This document shows positions 1 to 13,100 of a stretch of DNA of 64,000 nt, piece after piece; the stretch's first letter is position 1, and each line of letters begins with the position of its first letter. The notes beneath the pieces were generated by a model, which was not told the DNA's origin, searched no databases, and saw only the letters and a list, made by a program, of their open reading frames with translations. The DNA lies in the NCBI GenBank assembly GCA_023334545.1, contig JAADVB010000014.1:62001-126000 (forward strand), read 5' to 3'. The translations under genes were made by a program, and so were the position numbers. Source of the stretch: Salisapilia sapeloensis CBS 127946 (Eukaryota; Protista; Oomycota).

Positions 1-3000
1 GCTCCGACGCTATCGTATCGTTCGCTACCTTCTACGCTATTGCGTCGAGGCGCAGACTTGCGCTGTTGCTCCTTTTCTTCCTTCTTATACTCCTTTGCTT
101 TCTTCGAATGGTATTGCGTATCCATCGGTTCGAACTGAGCTCGGATAGTCGAATGCCGAAGTGACTTTGGAGGCGCGTGGACGACTGGCATGCGCACAGA
201 TGGAGGCAGTGCCACTTCGGACTTTTCTTCCTCCTCTTCCTCGTTAATCGGAGAGCCCTCGTATCGGAAGCTCTTGGGCGGAGCAGTCACTTCCTCCACC
301 TCTAGCTCACCGTCTTCGAACTTGATACTCTTCGGTGGAGCGCCAACCGATTCAAACACATTCACATCGTCCCGCTCGCTATCAATGTCATATTCGCTGT
401 CATGGAGCGACATGTTCCGTTCATTGTCCACATCAAAGCTGCGTCCACTATCTCGGATGCTTGGAGGTGCATCCAGTGGGTAGTCATCTGGCGATTGCAA
501 CGTCTCCGGTACAATGTCTTCTTCCTCGAGCTTACTTTCCTCGGTCGTGTCTTCTGCAGGAGCTTTGACTGTTTCTGCGAGTGTAAAGTTGTGCCACCTC
601 GCACTCGCTCTGTCCATAAAGCTTCTAGCCAAGATCCCCGAGTTCTCCTTTGTCGTCGTCGTCTTCTCCGACTTGATGATACGTAGCACCCGATTAACAT
701 TCGACCACGTCGTGTTCTCCATCTTGCCCTTATTCTCCGACATACCTTCGAGGAACTTGACCACATCCTTGTAGTACTTTACGTCCTGTAGCATATAGTC
801 ATTCTTTTGCTTCTCTTCTTCCTTTGCAGCACTTCGTGTTTCGAGGATACGTCGTACTAGCTTTAATAACGCAGGAATGTCCGAGTGCTGCATCGTCATG
901 CGGCAGAAGAGCAGCTCGAGACAGTCTTTCGACGTAATCTCACTAAACTGCACGAGACGTCTCGCGAGACGAAGGACACATCTGTACGGAAAGCTCGTGA
1001 CGAGCTGCTTATTGCACTGCCGTATCAGCGTCACAATCTGTGCAGGCATGCCACTGCTACCTATACTCTCTTCGATCGGCACGTCTGCACGTAGGATGTA
1101 CGTTGTTGCTGTTGTTAGCTTCTCGACTTCATCTGCTGCTTCCTTGAGATGTGGTGGCGGTTGAGTCAAGTCAAAGCCCATGAGCTCCTGCAAGCGTTCC
1201 GACCAGAGTTGGAAGAGGAGTTCCAAGTTGTAAGCTGCGTTCGTCAGTTTCTCCGGATCCGGACGAGATAAGAACCGGTCGAGGTACAGCCCGGCAACAA
1301 AGTTATCTGGGTATCGAACGTAATCCGTTTCGTCATTCAGCTCGACGCTATCACGCTTGGCACTCGATCGCTCGAGTCGATTGCGACAGATGATCTCATC
1401 CACCTTCTTCCGCACGGTCGTTCGCCAGTGGGAGTTCCAGATTAAGTCACTCTTGTCATGATTGTCGTCAAAGAACTTGGGCGCGAGCATCGGGTCCAAG
1501 TGCACTTGATACACGATCGGGTACGGTAAGAAGCGGCACAGTCCGCTGTACATTTTCTCTCGCAAGGCAAAGTCCTTGACAAGGAGAGCGTACAACACTT
1601 CAAACGCTGGTTCACGCAAAGCTTCTGCACGCAAATAGTGTTCATGCAGCACATACTGGCGGCTTTGGATGGCTGTACCGAGGATCTCTACCCATAAGCC
1701 ACTGCTCTGGACGTACTGCGCGACCACGAGACAAGTATCACAGATTTCAGCCAAGCACGCGAGCGCGTAGTATGCTTGCTCGTAGTCCAAGTGGTCCGTG
1801 ATGACCTGCAAGCTCCATGTGTATTGACAGAAGGGCGACAGCATGCGTTCGAGATTTTCTTCAAAGCCGCAGATTTTGTTCAGAATCAACAGAGCGAGTT
1901 CTTGACGACCGAGGTACTCTCGATCACCAAACGCGCGCTCCATCTCGGACGACATGCCGTCTGAATTCACTTGTTCTTGCTGGGTCTTGAACCCATACGC
2001 CGAGAGAGAGCGTTTGGAAGAGATGGACATGACCTGTCCGCCATCTTTCTCCTGATCCTTATCGAATGGAAGGAGGTATCGACCTAGTGTCGACACAGAG
2101 ATGGATGCCATTACAGGATCCAAGTCGTCTACATGCTGTTCTAAAGCATCTACAAAGGCTGGTCGGAAGGACGGCAAGTCGGCAATGAGACTCAGACATT
2201 CTAGAGCAGGAAGTGTGTCGCTGTAGATGGCAAGTCCAGGATCTCGGTTCTCATTGAGGAACATGAAGAGGGCTTCGACAAACTCAATCGCAGTCGAAGG
2301 GTACAATGTATCAGGCGATATGACCTCTTGCTTGTCCGCCTTTTCAAGCAGAACAAAGAGGTATACGCCACCGACAAAAGGTTCTGTTTCCAGACTGCCA
2401 TACATGTAACTCGCAGCACTTTCAATGAACTCGAGTCCAGCAACTTGCAAGTCGCAATGCTCTTGCGCAAGCATCTGCAGCTCTTCTCTCGTGCTTTCAT
2501 TCCAAATGCACGTCGGTTCTCGAATCTCAGACGTCAAGATCGTGATAAAGTCATGTCCCTTTTCTCTGTCAAGACAGTCGAGGAACGCAACAGGTAGTAA
2601 GTTCGCAAGTGCATCAAGTGCAGGCGATCGACTCTTGCCGTCTTTACCCAGTGACATGGCTCGTAGACACGCAAATGCGCTTTCAATAAGATGCTTATCC
2701 TCGTCATTTGTAACACCCTCGTCTTCTGCAGAAGTCAAGATGAGATTCAACGCTTTCCAGAACAGGCGTGTGCTACCAACGAGTTCATTCTGCAGCGTCG
2801 GTAGAGCACAAAGCGATGCAGCAATGTCGTATAAATGTTTCTGGATGGAAGAAGACTGCACTCTCTCGGTCGACAGTAGCAACGTATCTAGTTGTTCTAG
2901 TATGCGCATTGCGTAGGACGGTAGAGGGCCGCCCAAGAAAGTTTGAGAGGATGGCATGAGGTCGTTCTCGGAGAAGAGCATCATGGAGTCTTCCGTCCCA

Positions 3001-6000
3001 TATCGACTCGACAGGGGAGGTGCCGTACTCACTGCCTGCGACTGTTCTCCAGAGAGAGACCTTAGTCCGCTATCAGACGAACAGATCTGCTCGAGTATAG
3101 CCAACGTAGTCTGCTTGTCCTTCGACGTCGCGTGACGCATGGAGATATCGACCATATCTATCAACGTATCCCAAGCATTGGTCGTATCAAGCAACAGCTC
3201 GATATTTGTTGGTGCGACGACGATCATTTGGTGCAGAATCTGAAGCGCCAGAGGTCGGAAGGACTTGGTGTCCCCCTCAAAGCTTTCCGTTGAAACGACG
3301 AGTTGTAACAAGAGGTCGAGCGTCGTGCTTTCAAAGGACGAAAGCTCGAGACGGAACTTGGACAAGAGCTGGAACATAGCACGGAGGATCGTGTCCACGA
3401 CGTCGTTCGACGTCTTTCCCTGATCCTTCTCATCCATACGCTCCAGTTGCTGACTCAGTGCGTCAAAGGCACTTCGGACAGTAGTGACTTCGACGCCTTG
3501 TTGGCACAAAGCACGGTATCGATCTCGCAGATCCTGCAGCGTATACGCGACGCCATCGTTCCACCCGAAGACTTTGTAAGCCGACGCATTGTCCGGAATG
3601 TCTTCTCCTTGCACTTGACGTCGCACGAGGTACCTCCATTTCTCCTCGACACTTCGTAAAAGCAAGAGCGGTTCTTCCACTGCGTCCAGCTCTTCCTCAT
3701 TCTCCACCAAGTTGGATATGTAGTACCCGCTGCAATAGACGTCTGTCGATAGTTCTGCATACACGACGCTTGGCATGGGAACGTATTGATACACGGCAGT
3801 CACGTCGCGACTCAGCTCTTCCGTGAAGCTATCAAGGTGCTCTGCTAGCATCTCCTGTAAGTGAGAGCGCATGTGGCTCGACCAGAGAACACGCTTATCC
3901 GTCTTGCGACCAGTGTACACATCGGCAAAGTGTTCGGGTGTGTCTGTATCCAACAGTCCGACAAGACTCTCCGGTAGCAAGTCAAGCACGTAGCTCTGTC
4001 CTGCGCGACGTTCTCGTGTCGTTTGGTTCCGATGGATTTGCCGCAGTAGTATCGCTTCCTCCACAAAGCTCTTCGTGTCCGTCTTACTGACTGGGGACGC
4101 GAAGAGGAAGAAAAAAGTTCCGTACTGATACAACGTCTGCTGCACATCTACACGTAAAGATCGGAGAATCATGCATACCAGACCGCGTGTCTTCCGGTCG
4201 TCCACAAGAAGGAGCTGCGTCAGCATCGGCAGACATGGGGATTCCGATAGGACACTGTCTGCTAGTGACGGCGGCCACAGGTCAACATACTTGTGCGTCT
4301 CCTTTTTGCTCTCTGTCGTGAGCAAATGCTGCACCACTTGTAGAGCATGGACGGACGTGGCGTATGGGTCGACAGGTTCATCCGGGAGTTCCATCCACCG
4401 GAGCTCTGGTACGTCAAACAGAGGCTGCCAGTTGTGATTATCGGCGTCCATCGTCTCGTGATGAGAGCAACAGCAGACACTGACGTCAAGACTGTTCTGC
4501 CTTCCACTAGACGCGTCATTATCCAAGTATGCTCTCAAGTCCGGGACGGTAAACGGCCCGCCGATGACAAAATCATCTTTGCCAAACACGTGCTTCACTC
4601 GCCACTGGAGGTTGAAGCGGGCAGTCTCCATATTACGAAGATACGTGCCTCGTAGTGTATTCGACTTGGGCAGACTGTCTCGAGATGAAGAGCGTTTAAA
4701 GTCCATGAGCGGGATACTGTCGTTATCCGTCGAGACTGGGTTAATCGCTTGGGACGGAGCGAAAACGCGACGACAGTGGGCGAGAGACGCAAGGAAGAGG
4801 AACATGCGCACGTGACTGCGGGAGCTGAAGTGCGTGGCAGACTCAAAGTTTTCCGTAAGGAACGAGATCAACTGGACAAGGTCCTCCACTTCACCTGCCA
4901 AGTACGAGTGTTTCAGGAGCTGAAGTAGGAATCTCGCTCGATTGGCACTCGCTTTCCGAGCTTCAGGAAACACTCGTGCGAGTTCAATCAGTATTTTGAG
5001 CATCCAGTAGCAGTGCTCATCTGCCATCGGTCGGTTCGACAGGTAGTGTGATTCATCTCGTCGACCGTCACTCGTACCGGACGATCCATAGTACAGAATC
5101 GACGTGAGGTGCAGGTTCTCCAGCCACGTCTGATAGACGTCGTGGAAAAAGGTGGCAGGTGCCTTTGCAATCTCCATACTGGCAAAGTAGACGTCTTCCG
5201 ATACGCTATGCTTTAGCTTCTTACTTGTCTTTTTATCGATAGACTGCGTCACTTCATCCAACTTGAGAGACCCGTCCTTGATCTTCTCCATGAGCACACG
5301 CAAGTAAAAGTTACCCACACGAGGCTCTGTCGAGAGACTCATGTACACAACTTGAAACTGCTGGTGGTTCCACGACACACGACTCGTCGTCAGCGCCATG
5401 TCTGCATCTAGAGACTCGAGCGCCTGCTTCCTCGCGTCCAAGCTGTCGAGACTCTCTTTCAGTCCCAGGCGCAGTTCATTTCGAGTCTCGTCGTTCCAGA
5501 TCACATCTGGAAGCTGGAAATCACGATGTACCAAGGATGCTAGCAATGCGAGGTCACCTGGCGTCTCGCCTGGGTAGTTCATACGTGTGTTTTCATGCAT
5601 CTTGGATGCAGCTCCTGGACCTGTCTCTGGGAATAAAGCAGTCATCTGAGCCTTCATCCGCTGGACGAACCAAGCATCTGGCGATCCGTCTTTCCCACCA
5701 GCCTTACCGCCTTGCTGTAGCTCTTTTAGCGCCTTCTTTCGAGCTTGTGGATTGGCAAGCACACGGAGAAAACCGGCGGGTACGACTCTTTTCAAAAGCT
5801 CATACGAAGGCTTGTGATGCGTCATCCAGATCGCACCTAGATACTGGTACGTCTCCTTGCCTAAGCTCATGGGATGGAAGAACGATCGATAGAGGTCGGT
5901 GAGCGTGACGCCAGCTTCCATTGCTGCATCACATACCTTCATCCTAGCTTTCGCATCGGCATTCTCGACGATTACTTTGAGAATACAAGTTGCTGCGACG

Positions 6001-9000
6001 GCCATACCGATACTTGGACCCTTTGCTCTTGCAAGTTGAAGCAAGACGTTGTACTTGTTCGCTAGTGCTCGAATCATGACTTCGTACTGGTTATTGTCTG
6101 TACTCTGCCGTGACTGGACGAGGATATCTAAGAAGAGCTGAAGGACAGCAAGAGAGACGGAAGGCTTAAGTGGATCCAAGAGATCCACCAGCAACTGCGT
6201 CAGTTTCTTGTGCTCAAAGACCTGAAGTCGGACTCGTTTCTCTTGTGCACGGTTTGCAGTCGTCTTGGATGCGTCGACCGTGAGTGAATGCAGCGCTTCG
6301 ACTGCCCACACACAAGCCAACGTCTCTCCACTCACCAACACGTGGGTCAAGTGTGGGACGATGCCGTCGCCTCCGTCTCTCGAGAGCATGTAGCATCCAT
6401 CATTCACTCGACAAAAGGCGTCTAACGCCACTGCTAGATCAGATGTACGCACTGGAGGCTTACACGCATGCTCGAGAAGATTCTTGACTGTATTCATCAT
6501 CGGTGCAAACGAGAACTTTGCAATGGCAGTGCTCGTGTCTTTGGTCTTGGTAAAGTCTCCTCTCCGCACGTTCATACTCATGTTTTCAAGCGCCAACAAC
6601 GACTGGTCTTCACTCTTTTCCAACTCGTGTGTCAATTCGGAAAAGGCTGCGACGAAGAAGCCGTCATCTTGCAAGTAATAATACTTTTCCATGCTTTCTT
6701 GCAAGAGCGATCGACACGTTAGACGAGCGTTCGTCGTCGGAAACTCGTGTGTAAACGTCACATCCAGATTCTTTGCTTCAAGACAAGCATCGTAGATGGC
6801 ACCTAAAAAGTCTTGCATATCGTCAGGAGCATACACGACTCTCGTAAGATCGCTCATTTCCACCGACACAACAGGATCTCCTGCATCTTGTGGTGACTGC
6901 TTCGGAGCAATCACACGCCGCACTTTCTTCACGTCCACTCGCTTCACGTCATGCAGTCCGCTCCATTCTTCCAAGTGACCGTACCAGAATCGAACCTTTT
7001 TACGTCGGAAACGAGCGAATCCGTGTCGTCCCGTCCGCTTCTGAACTTCCATAAAACCACTGCCGGCATCGAAGAACGAATCATCGAGTTCATTTGGATT
7101 CGCAGTTTTGGGTGGTTGTGGAGGCAGTTCATCCACTGTTTCAACCATAATCTGCTGGCCGACAACACCAGAGAGCTCTTGTACCTTTTGTAGCAACATC
7201 CGAGTCTGGTCCGAATACACGTACCGGATCTTATTATCTGCTAACGTGAGCATGAGTGCATCTGGAAACTGCGTGGCTTGTGTGATTTTAACAATGTTCC
7301 GGTACTCGAATTCATGCGTGTGTCTATTGATCACTCGAACGCAGATCAACGCTCTGGGTGTCAAGAACAATTCGCTCTTCTCTCGCTGCCCATCCGATGA
7401 GCCAAGGAACCCAGAGAACTGATGACACTCGACACCAAAAAGTCGGCGGAACTCGTCAAAGTTACCCACGACATGACTCAAGAGTTCCTGAAGAAAGATG
7501 TTCTTGCAACGATAGCGTAGGCGCAAGTACACTGCGTCATCATACGCTGTCAGAGGCTGTTGCAGAGCTCCACACTTGGCATTTAAGAACGCCATGTACT
7601 GTTGCAAAAGCACTTCGGGATTCTGCACAGTCACGCCTGTGCCCCAACTGCTTGCTGATGACATGGAAGAGTAGCTATTACCTCGACTTAAAGTAAAGCT
7701 GTTCCGTTTGCCACGAGAAGAGAGGACGTTGTGTCTTCCAGACATGGGCTTCCCACTAATAGGTGCCTGTCCATTACCTCGATGACTCCCCGCTCCGTAA
7801 TTCACGTTTTCTCCGAAACTGAACGTTTGCTTTGGCACTTGCTGACTGCGAGATGCAATCACGCTTTCCATGTTCGCCCCGGATGCTCCTGGTAGATGTG
7901 TCAGAATACCCACACAAGCTTCGACAGATGCAAGCGACGGGAACGAGAAAAGGACTCGTTGGATAGCTCGGTGTCTCGATGCAAGTTGCTCTACAAGACT
8001 GTTCGTTAGCTTCTGCTGTTTGCCTTGACCTGTCTTCAGCAACAGCAGCAGTAGTCGACACACCTGCATCGTCTGCAAATCCTTTGCGGCTGGGTTCTCA
8101 TCGTCGAGTAAGGTCAATAGTGTTGGTACGATGACCTTGTTCCCCAACAACGTTTTCCGACAGTCGAGCTCGTGCATCGGAGATGCCATTAGACGTTCGA
8201 TGACAGTGGTCATCCAGTAGACGCAGACAGAAGAATGACTGGCAAAGATGTTGGCAATGGTCGTCAAGTAGTCATCTCCGCGCTCCACTAGGATACTCAT
8301 AAACTCTTTCAACGCTGTTGGTGCCGCCACGAGTCTCGCCAGCGTCTCCACGTACGTCGCGACGAACTCGTGATCGGCGCCATGTCTCCCGACAACGTCA
8401 TGGATCTCTCTCGCTACCACAAACACAGCCTTTTCAAATGGTTTCCCGTTTAAGGTATACACGCCAGTGGTTGCCGAGTTCACATTCAGCTCCAGCGCTA
8501 GTGCATGCATCGTCTCGTCCAAGCCTCTGGGTAACTGGCGCTGCACACGTGCCGTCTTGGTGTACCCGTGCGTGGCCAGTTGCTGTAGTATACTCCCTTG
8601 TACCACTCGTAGCTCCTTGTCAGTGGCACTAAGGTCTTTGCTTTGATGATTCATCTTGGCAGCTTCTGCCTGCAACGTCCGACGAGGCACTACGCGCATC
8701 CAGTTAGCTGTGCGGGACGTCGTGAGTGTTACTTGGGCATTGCCCCGTGCACGACATGAGGACAGGAGCTCTGCGACGATCTTCTCTCGATGTTCACAAA
8801 AGTAGAGACGGGAGATGCCGTCGGAGAAGACGAGTTCAAAGGCGTGAGATGATTCTTGGTACAAGATGAGTTCATAGAGACGCGTGAGCGGACGACTGGA
8901 GACAATGGTCTTCTGGTCATCTAGCAACTCGATGATGAATTGCTCTGTCAAGGTGAGAATACGTGAGGAAGAAGGAGCGTTTGCGGACGAAGAGGCCTTG

Positions 9001-9785
9001 AGAACATGGTACTGACATGAAAGGTGTTCACGTGAGGTCACGTCATCTTTCTCAGCTGCTTCCAATGTCTTCTTCCGGTACTCGTTCATCTTCATTCCGT
9101 AGAGCTTCATGACGCGGTGGATGGCCGACACGAGGTCAGATCGACGATCTAATAGGAAGAGACTGGAGTTGGTTGCATGGTTCAAGACGACAGCAGAAGA
9201 GTCGTCCGAGATGAGATCGATCGATACGAGACTCGTGTACGAGATGTGGGACATGACGTCGCCGTCGACATCCAGTTGGGCGATGCCGTCGGGACGCACT
9301 TGGATGGTACATTCAGACAGAACGTCCTTGGCATGATGTTTCGACGCTGGAAACGAGATGGTTTCTAACTCTTGTGGCAGCGGACGACGAGATGCTTTGG
9401 CATTGTGCAGAGCACGCATGCGTAGTAGAGTGACGACGATATCCATGCGATAATGGCATCGATAGACGGTCTTCTTGATACGATGTCGGGGCGTATGAAC
9501 GATAAAATCCTAGTAAATGGCAAGAGCAATGGAATAAGATTGTTAGCATGTCTTCGTAGGTAAAATGTAGTCATGGTAGAGACTATGGATAAGGAATCGT
9601 ACCGTTTCGCCGTCCATGAGACTTGCACTCTGGACGTCTTCATACGGCCAGGTATTGGTAATCTGCTGGCTGTCCCGGTCGTAGGTGCAAAAAGCATACT
9701 CTCCAAAACACAGCACGCGCTCTTTCACGACAAAGCTGCCGACTTTGGAGACCATATAGCGTTCCTTGACGCGCTTCAAGTCCAT
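1..9785 (-). CDS. DNAJC13: RME-8/DNAJC13 (GRV2)-like endosomal trafficking protein, C-terminus runs off the window; exon 1 9603-9785, intron 9510-9602, exon 2 <1-9509
   Basis: N-terminus RYMVSK..ERVLCFGEYAFCTYDRDSQQITNTWPYED resembles the RME-8 N-terminal region. Exon 2 frame was open at every spot I translated (1-240, 3361-3600, 5300-5950, 7740-8060, 8100-9509). Its absence from the ORF track fits no stop before position 1. RME-8 motifs: DVIWNDETRNEL..SWNHQQFQVVYMSLSTEPRVGNFYLRVL (~5300-5510), WQPLFDVPELRW (GYF_2-like, ~4400), VLWSSHMRSHL..AVYQYVPMPSVVY (~3780-3890), LIWNSHWR..VAGLYLDRFL (~1270-1446). Confidence 0.88.
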
Positions 9786-9826
9786 CGTCGAGTACACGCT
9801 TGGAGGTATGCAAGGTGTCGGAATGG

Positions 9827-9842
9827 AAATTTACAAATGAGC
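9827..9842 (-). promoter_or_regulatory. Oomycete initiator + FPR core promoter element of the RME-8-like gene
   Basis: Minus strand reads GCTCATTTGTAAATTT, an exact match to the consensus GCTCATTYBNNNWTTY, about 40 nt upstream of the ATG at 9785. Confidence 0.75.
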
Positions 9843-10129
9843 TCAGGGCTGAGGGAAGGAAAACTCTAGTGTCCAGACAAAGTGGAAGAGGTTCGTATCC
9901 AGGTGCCGATTCCGTGTCGTTCCGAGTATGGTCGGACATGTGACTTTTCGGCAGAGAAACTCCTTCATATGCGCCTTCTCTTCGAAATACATTCTATTAT
10001 GGATGACAGTTTCCGATGTGCCCTGCAGCATATGGAGATGGGCTATCCGGATCCGGTTTCGAAACAATCTATCTCGTTCAAGAGGTCAATACGATTCTTT
10101 TCAGCCAACGTGGGAGTGACGGTGACGAC

Positions 10130-13100
10130 ATGCGTTGGTACTGTGTCTCGCCCGCGCTACCTCCCGGTGCCCAACTGCGTATTCGAGCTAAACCGGAAGC
10201 GGACGCGGAAGTCGTAGCTCAATTCATACAAGGACGTGCAATTGCAGTCGTGGATGTAGTTGAAACAGAGCAAGTCGACACACCACAGTGGCTTCAGGTG
10301 CAATTGAGCCTTTCGGATAATACACTTCAAGATGGGTATGTGATGGAGACAACTCCCGATGGCATGCATCTATTATCTCCATGGGAACAAGCAGGTGCGA
10401 TCGGTTATTATTCGAGCACTACAGTACGCGATCTAACTCTTGCATACAGGCTTCGACGGATGCTGCCTTATCAAGGACCAAGTATCTGTCTACTCGCAAC
10501 CAGATAGTCAACTCGAGCCCGTTGGTACACTAAAAGCAGATACGTCGCTTTCGTATGGTATGCTGGATCGTACGTCGGACTTTATCAAGGTGCCTCATGA
10601 AGAGTTGGATGATGTATGGGTACGGCAGAGCGACGTACAGATCGTGGCACAAAAGCTATCCCATCTACCAAAGTGTACGCTTGACCACAGCTTTTATGTG
10701 TTCAATCCAAGTCTTCCAACGGAAGCCCGAATTGCTATTCGATCGTTTCCATCTCCAAACGCAGACACTGTCGCATTACTCGACGCAGACGGTGTACTCG
10801 AAGCCTCTGCGACTAGTGGGGAATGGTTGCAAGTCATACCGACGTCCTTGACAAATGACCAGGAAGCTTGGATACGGCGTATTACATCAGCCTGGACTCT
10901 TGTCGTGCCTAAGGAAGAGCATATTTCAGACAAGTGTGCTCCTCCGATCAACGGCAGACAGAGTATAAAGGACGAAGAGAGTGAGCAAGCAATGGGCACA
11001 GAAAATGAAATGAATGGTGGAATGGAAATGGAGATAAAAGAAGAGTTCAAGACTACGGAAGAGACGGACGGAGTGGCTCTAAACAGTGGCAAGAGTGGTG
11101 CACTAGTCAACGAGAAAGAATCTGAGGAAGTTGGGGATGACGAGGAGGTAGGAGTGGCGGAGACCACGGATGCAGTGGCTCCTAATACTGACGAGAATGA
11201 TCCACCTGTGGATGAAAACGGGTCAGAGGAAATTGAGGCAATAGAGAAGGACGCTGCAGAGACAGCGGACAACGTAGGACGAAAGAGTGATGTGGATGAT
11301 TTACCTCCAGATGAGAATGGCTTGGAGGATAGTGAAGCGGTGGAAGAAGATGCAAAGGATCTCTTAAAAGAGCAGGAAGAGATTTCAGCAGTCGAAGAAG
11401 AAGAAATAGTGGACGCCGTCGCAAGTCCCGAAAAGGATTATGCTGTAGACAACGTTGTGACGCCCTCCGTTGCCGAAAATGGTGTCATTGATAATCAGAA
11501 AGCATTTTTAACTTCGGAAAAGGATGCCGTCGAGAACCCCATGGCATCTCCAGTTGTACAGGAAGATGTTGTTGACGACATCATGACTTCTCCTGCCGAC
11601 GAAAATGCCATTGACGTCGATGTGCCGTCTCAAACCCCAGAAACTGATGCTGTTGAAAACGCTGTGAGGTCTTCAGTTGAAGAGAAAGATGCTATAGACG
11701 TAATTGAGCCGCCTCCAACCGTAGAGGAAGATGGTGTCGACGATGTCGTGACGTCCAGAACTCCAGAAGATGGTATCGACACGGGCAAGACGCCTGAAAT
11801 TGCAAAGAAGGATACAATTGATAACGTTGTCACTTCTCCCGTCGTAGATGAAGACCCTGTAGGCACTACGGTGACTCCCTCAGTTGCTGAGGAAGATACT
11901 ATTAATGAAGTCGTACCGTCTCCAACTGTAACGGAAGATGCTATCGACACCATCGAGACGTCATCCATTTCAGAGGAAGACGTTGTCGACACAGTCGTCT
12001 TGTCATCAGCTGGAGAAGAAGATGCTATAGACGACATTGTGCTGCCTCCTAGTGCCGAGAAGGAAGTCATTAACAACATCGAGTCATCTCCACTCTCAGA
12101 GGAAGACGCACTGGATGAAGCGGACAAAACAGACTCTGACCCGGCTACCTCGTTCAACCCGTCGGACTTTGAACCTCGCGTTCATTTAAACCCTTTCGCT
12201 CCAAACGATCGTCCGAATCCATTCGCACCTCGTGAAGAACGGCCTATCCAGCCTTTGAACCAAAGCTTTGAGGAGATTGCAGAGCAGCATTCGTTCACAT
12301 CTGCAGAAGAACGTCCGATCACGCCGATGAACCAAAGCTTTGAAGAGGTAGCGGAACAACATTCAACCTCACCTGCCGAAGAGCGTCCGATTGCACCTAT
12401 GAACAGGAGCTTTGAAGAGGTGGCAGAAGACGCCGAAAGAGTGCTAGTTGACAACCAATCTAGTCCGACGTATGCATCAATGCAACCACCTGTATCCATT
12501 GAAGAGACGCCTTTAGTCCAGAAGAAACAGCTAGAGGTGCTGTGTGAAGACGGGATGGATGCGTACTTGTCAAGTATAGCAGCTAGAGATACAGTGGTAG
12601 AGCTCGTCGTACGAGAGGAAGAAGCTCTTCTGGACTATTTACTAGAAACGGTGGACGATGTGTCGAATACGTTGCCACGAATGCCTGTCTTCTTGGACCG
12701 GACGTTGGAGAAGACATACGAGCTCATGGTGACGGACGCGAGTCCGACGGATCTACTGGAATACTTGTTCGCACAGGACGATCCGGACATGTATACACTG
12801 GTACGAGGTTACCAGTATCCTCTTCGATCTACCTCGAAAGAAGAGACGACAGAACCGATGGAAATACCATCCAGTGCGACGGAGACGCCGACGTTGACGA
12901 CAGTGGAGGAAGCTTACGCGACGGTACAAGAGGAGGAAGTGCCGGAGACGATACCTCTTGCCACCAAGAGCCCTGTCTACGTCAGTCAGAATGGGATGAC
13001 GTCGGATTCGGACTCGGATGCGATTGAGGACGAGGACATTGTGTCTATGCCAGACGTCTCGGACGATGACACGAGGAGTGAGGATAGTTTATTACCAGTC

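Noticed and set aside
190-9368. Many short plus-strand and off-frame ORFs over the RME-8-like gene
   Set aside because: They are antisense or alternative-frame shadows of one long minus-strand exon, with no recognisable motifs.
9843-10217. ORFs on both strands between the RME-8 promoter and the SH3-like gene (74 aa minus, 111 aa plus)
   Set aside because: The minus ORF lies upstream of the Inr+FPR element. Joining the plus ORF to the next gene would need an intron of about 20 nt. No homology recognised.
11433-12428. Repeat arrays considered as CRISPR or transposon-derived
   Set aside because: They are in-frame coding repeats with synonymous divergence, with no spacers, terminal repeats or transposase.
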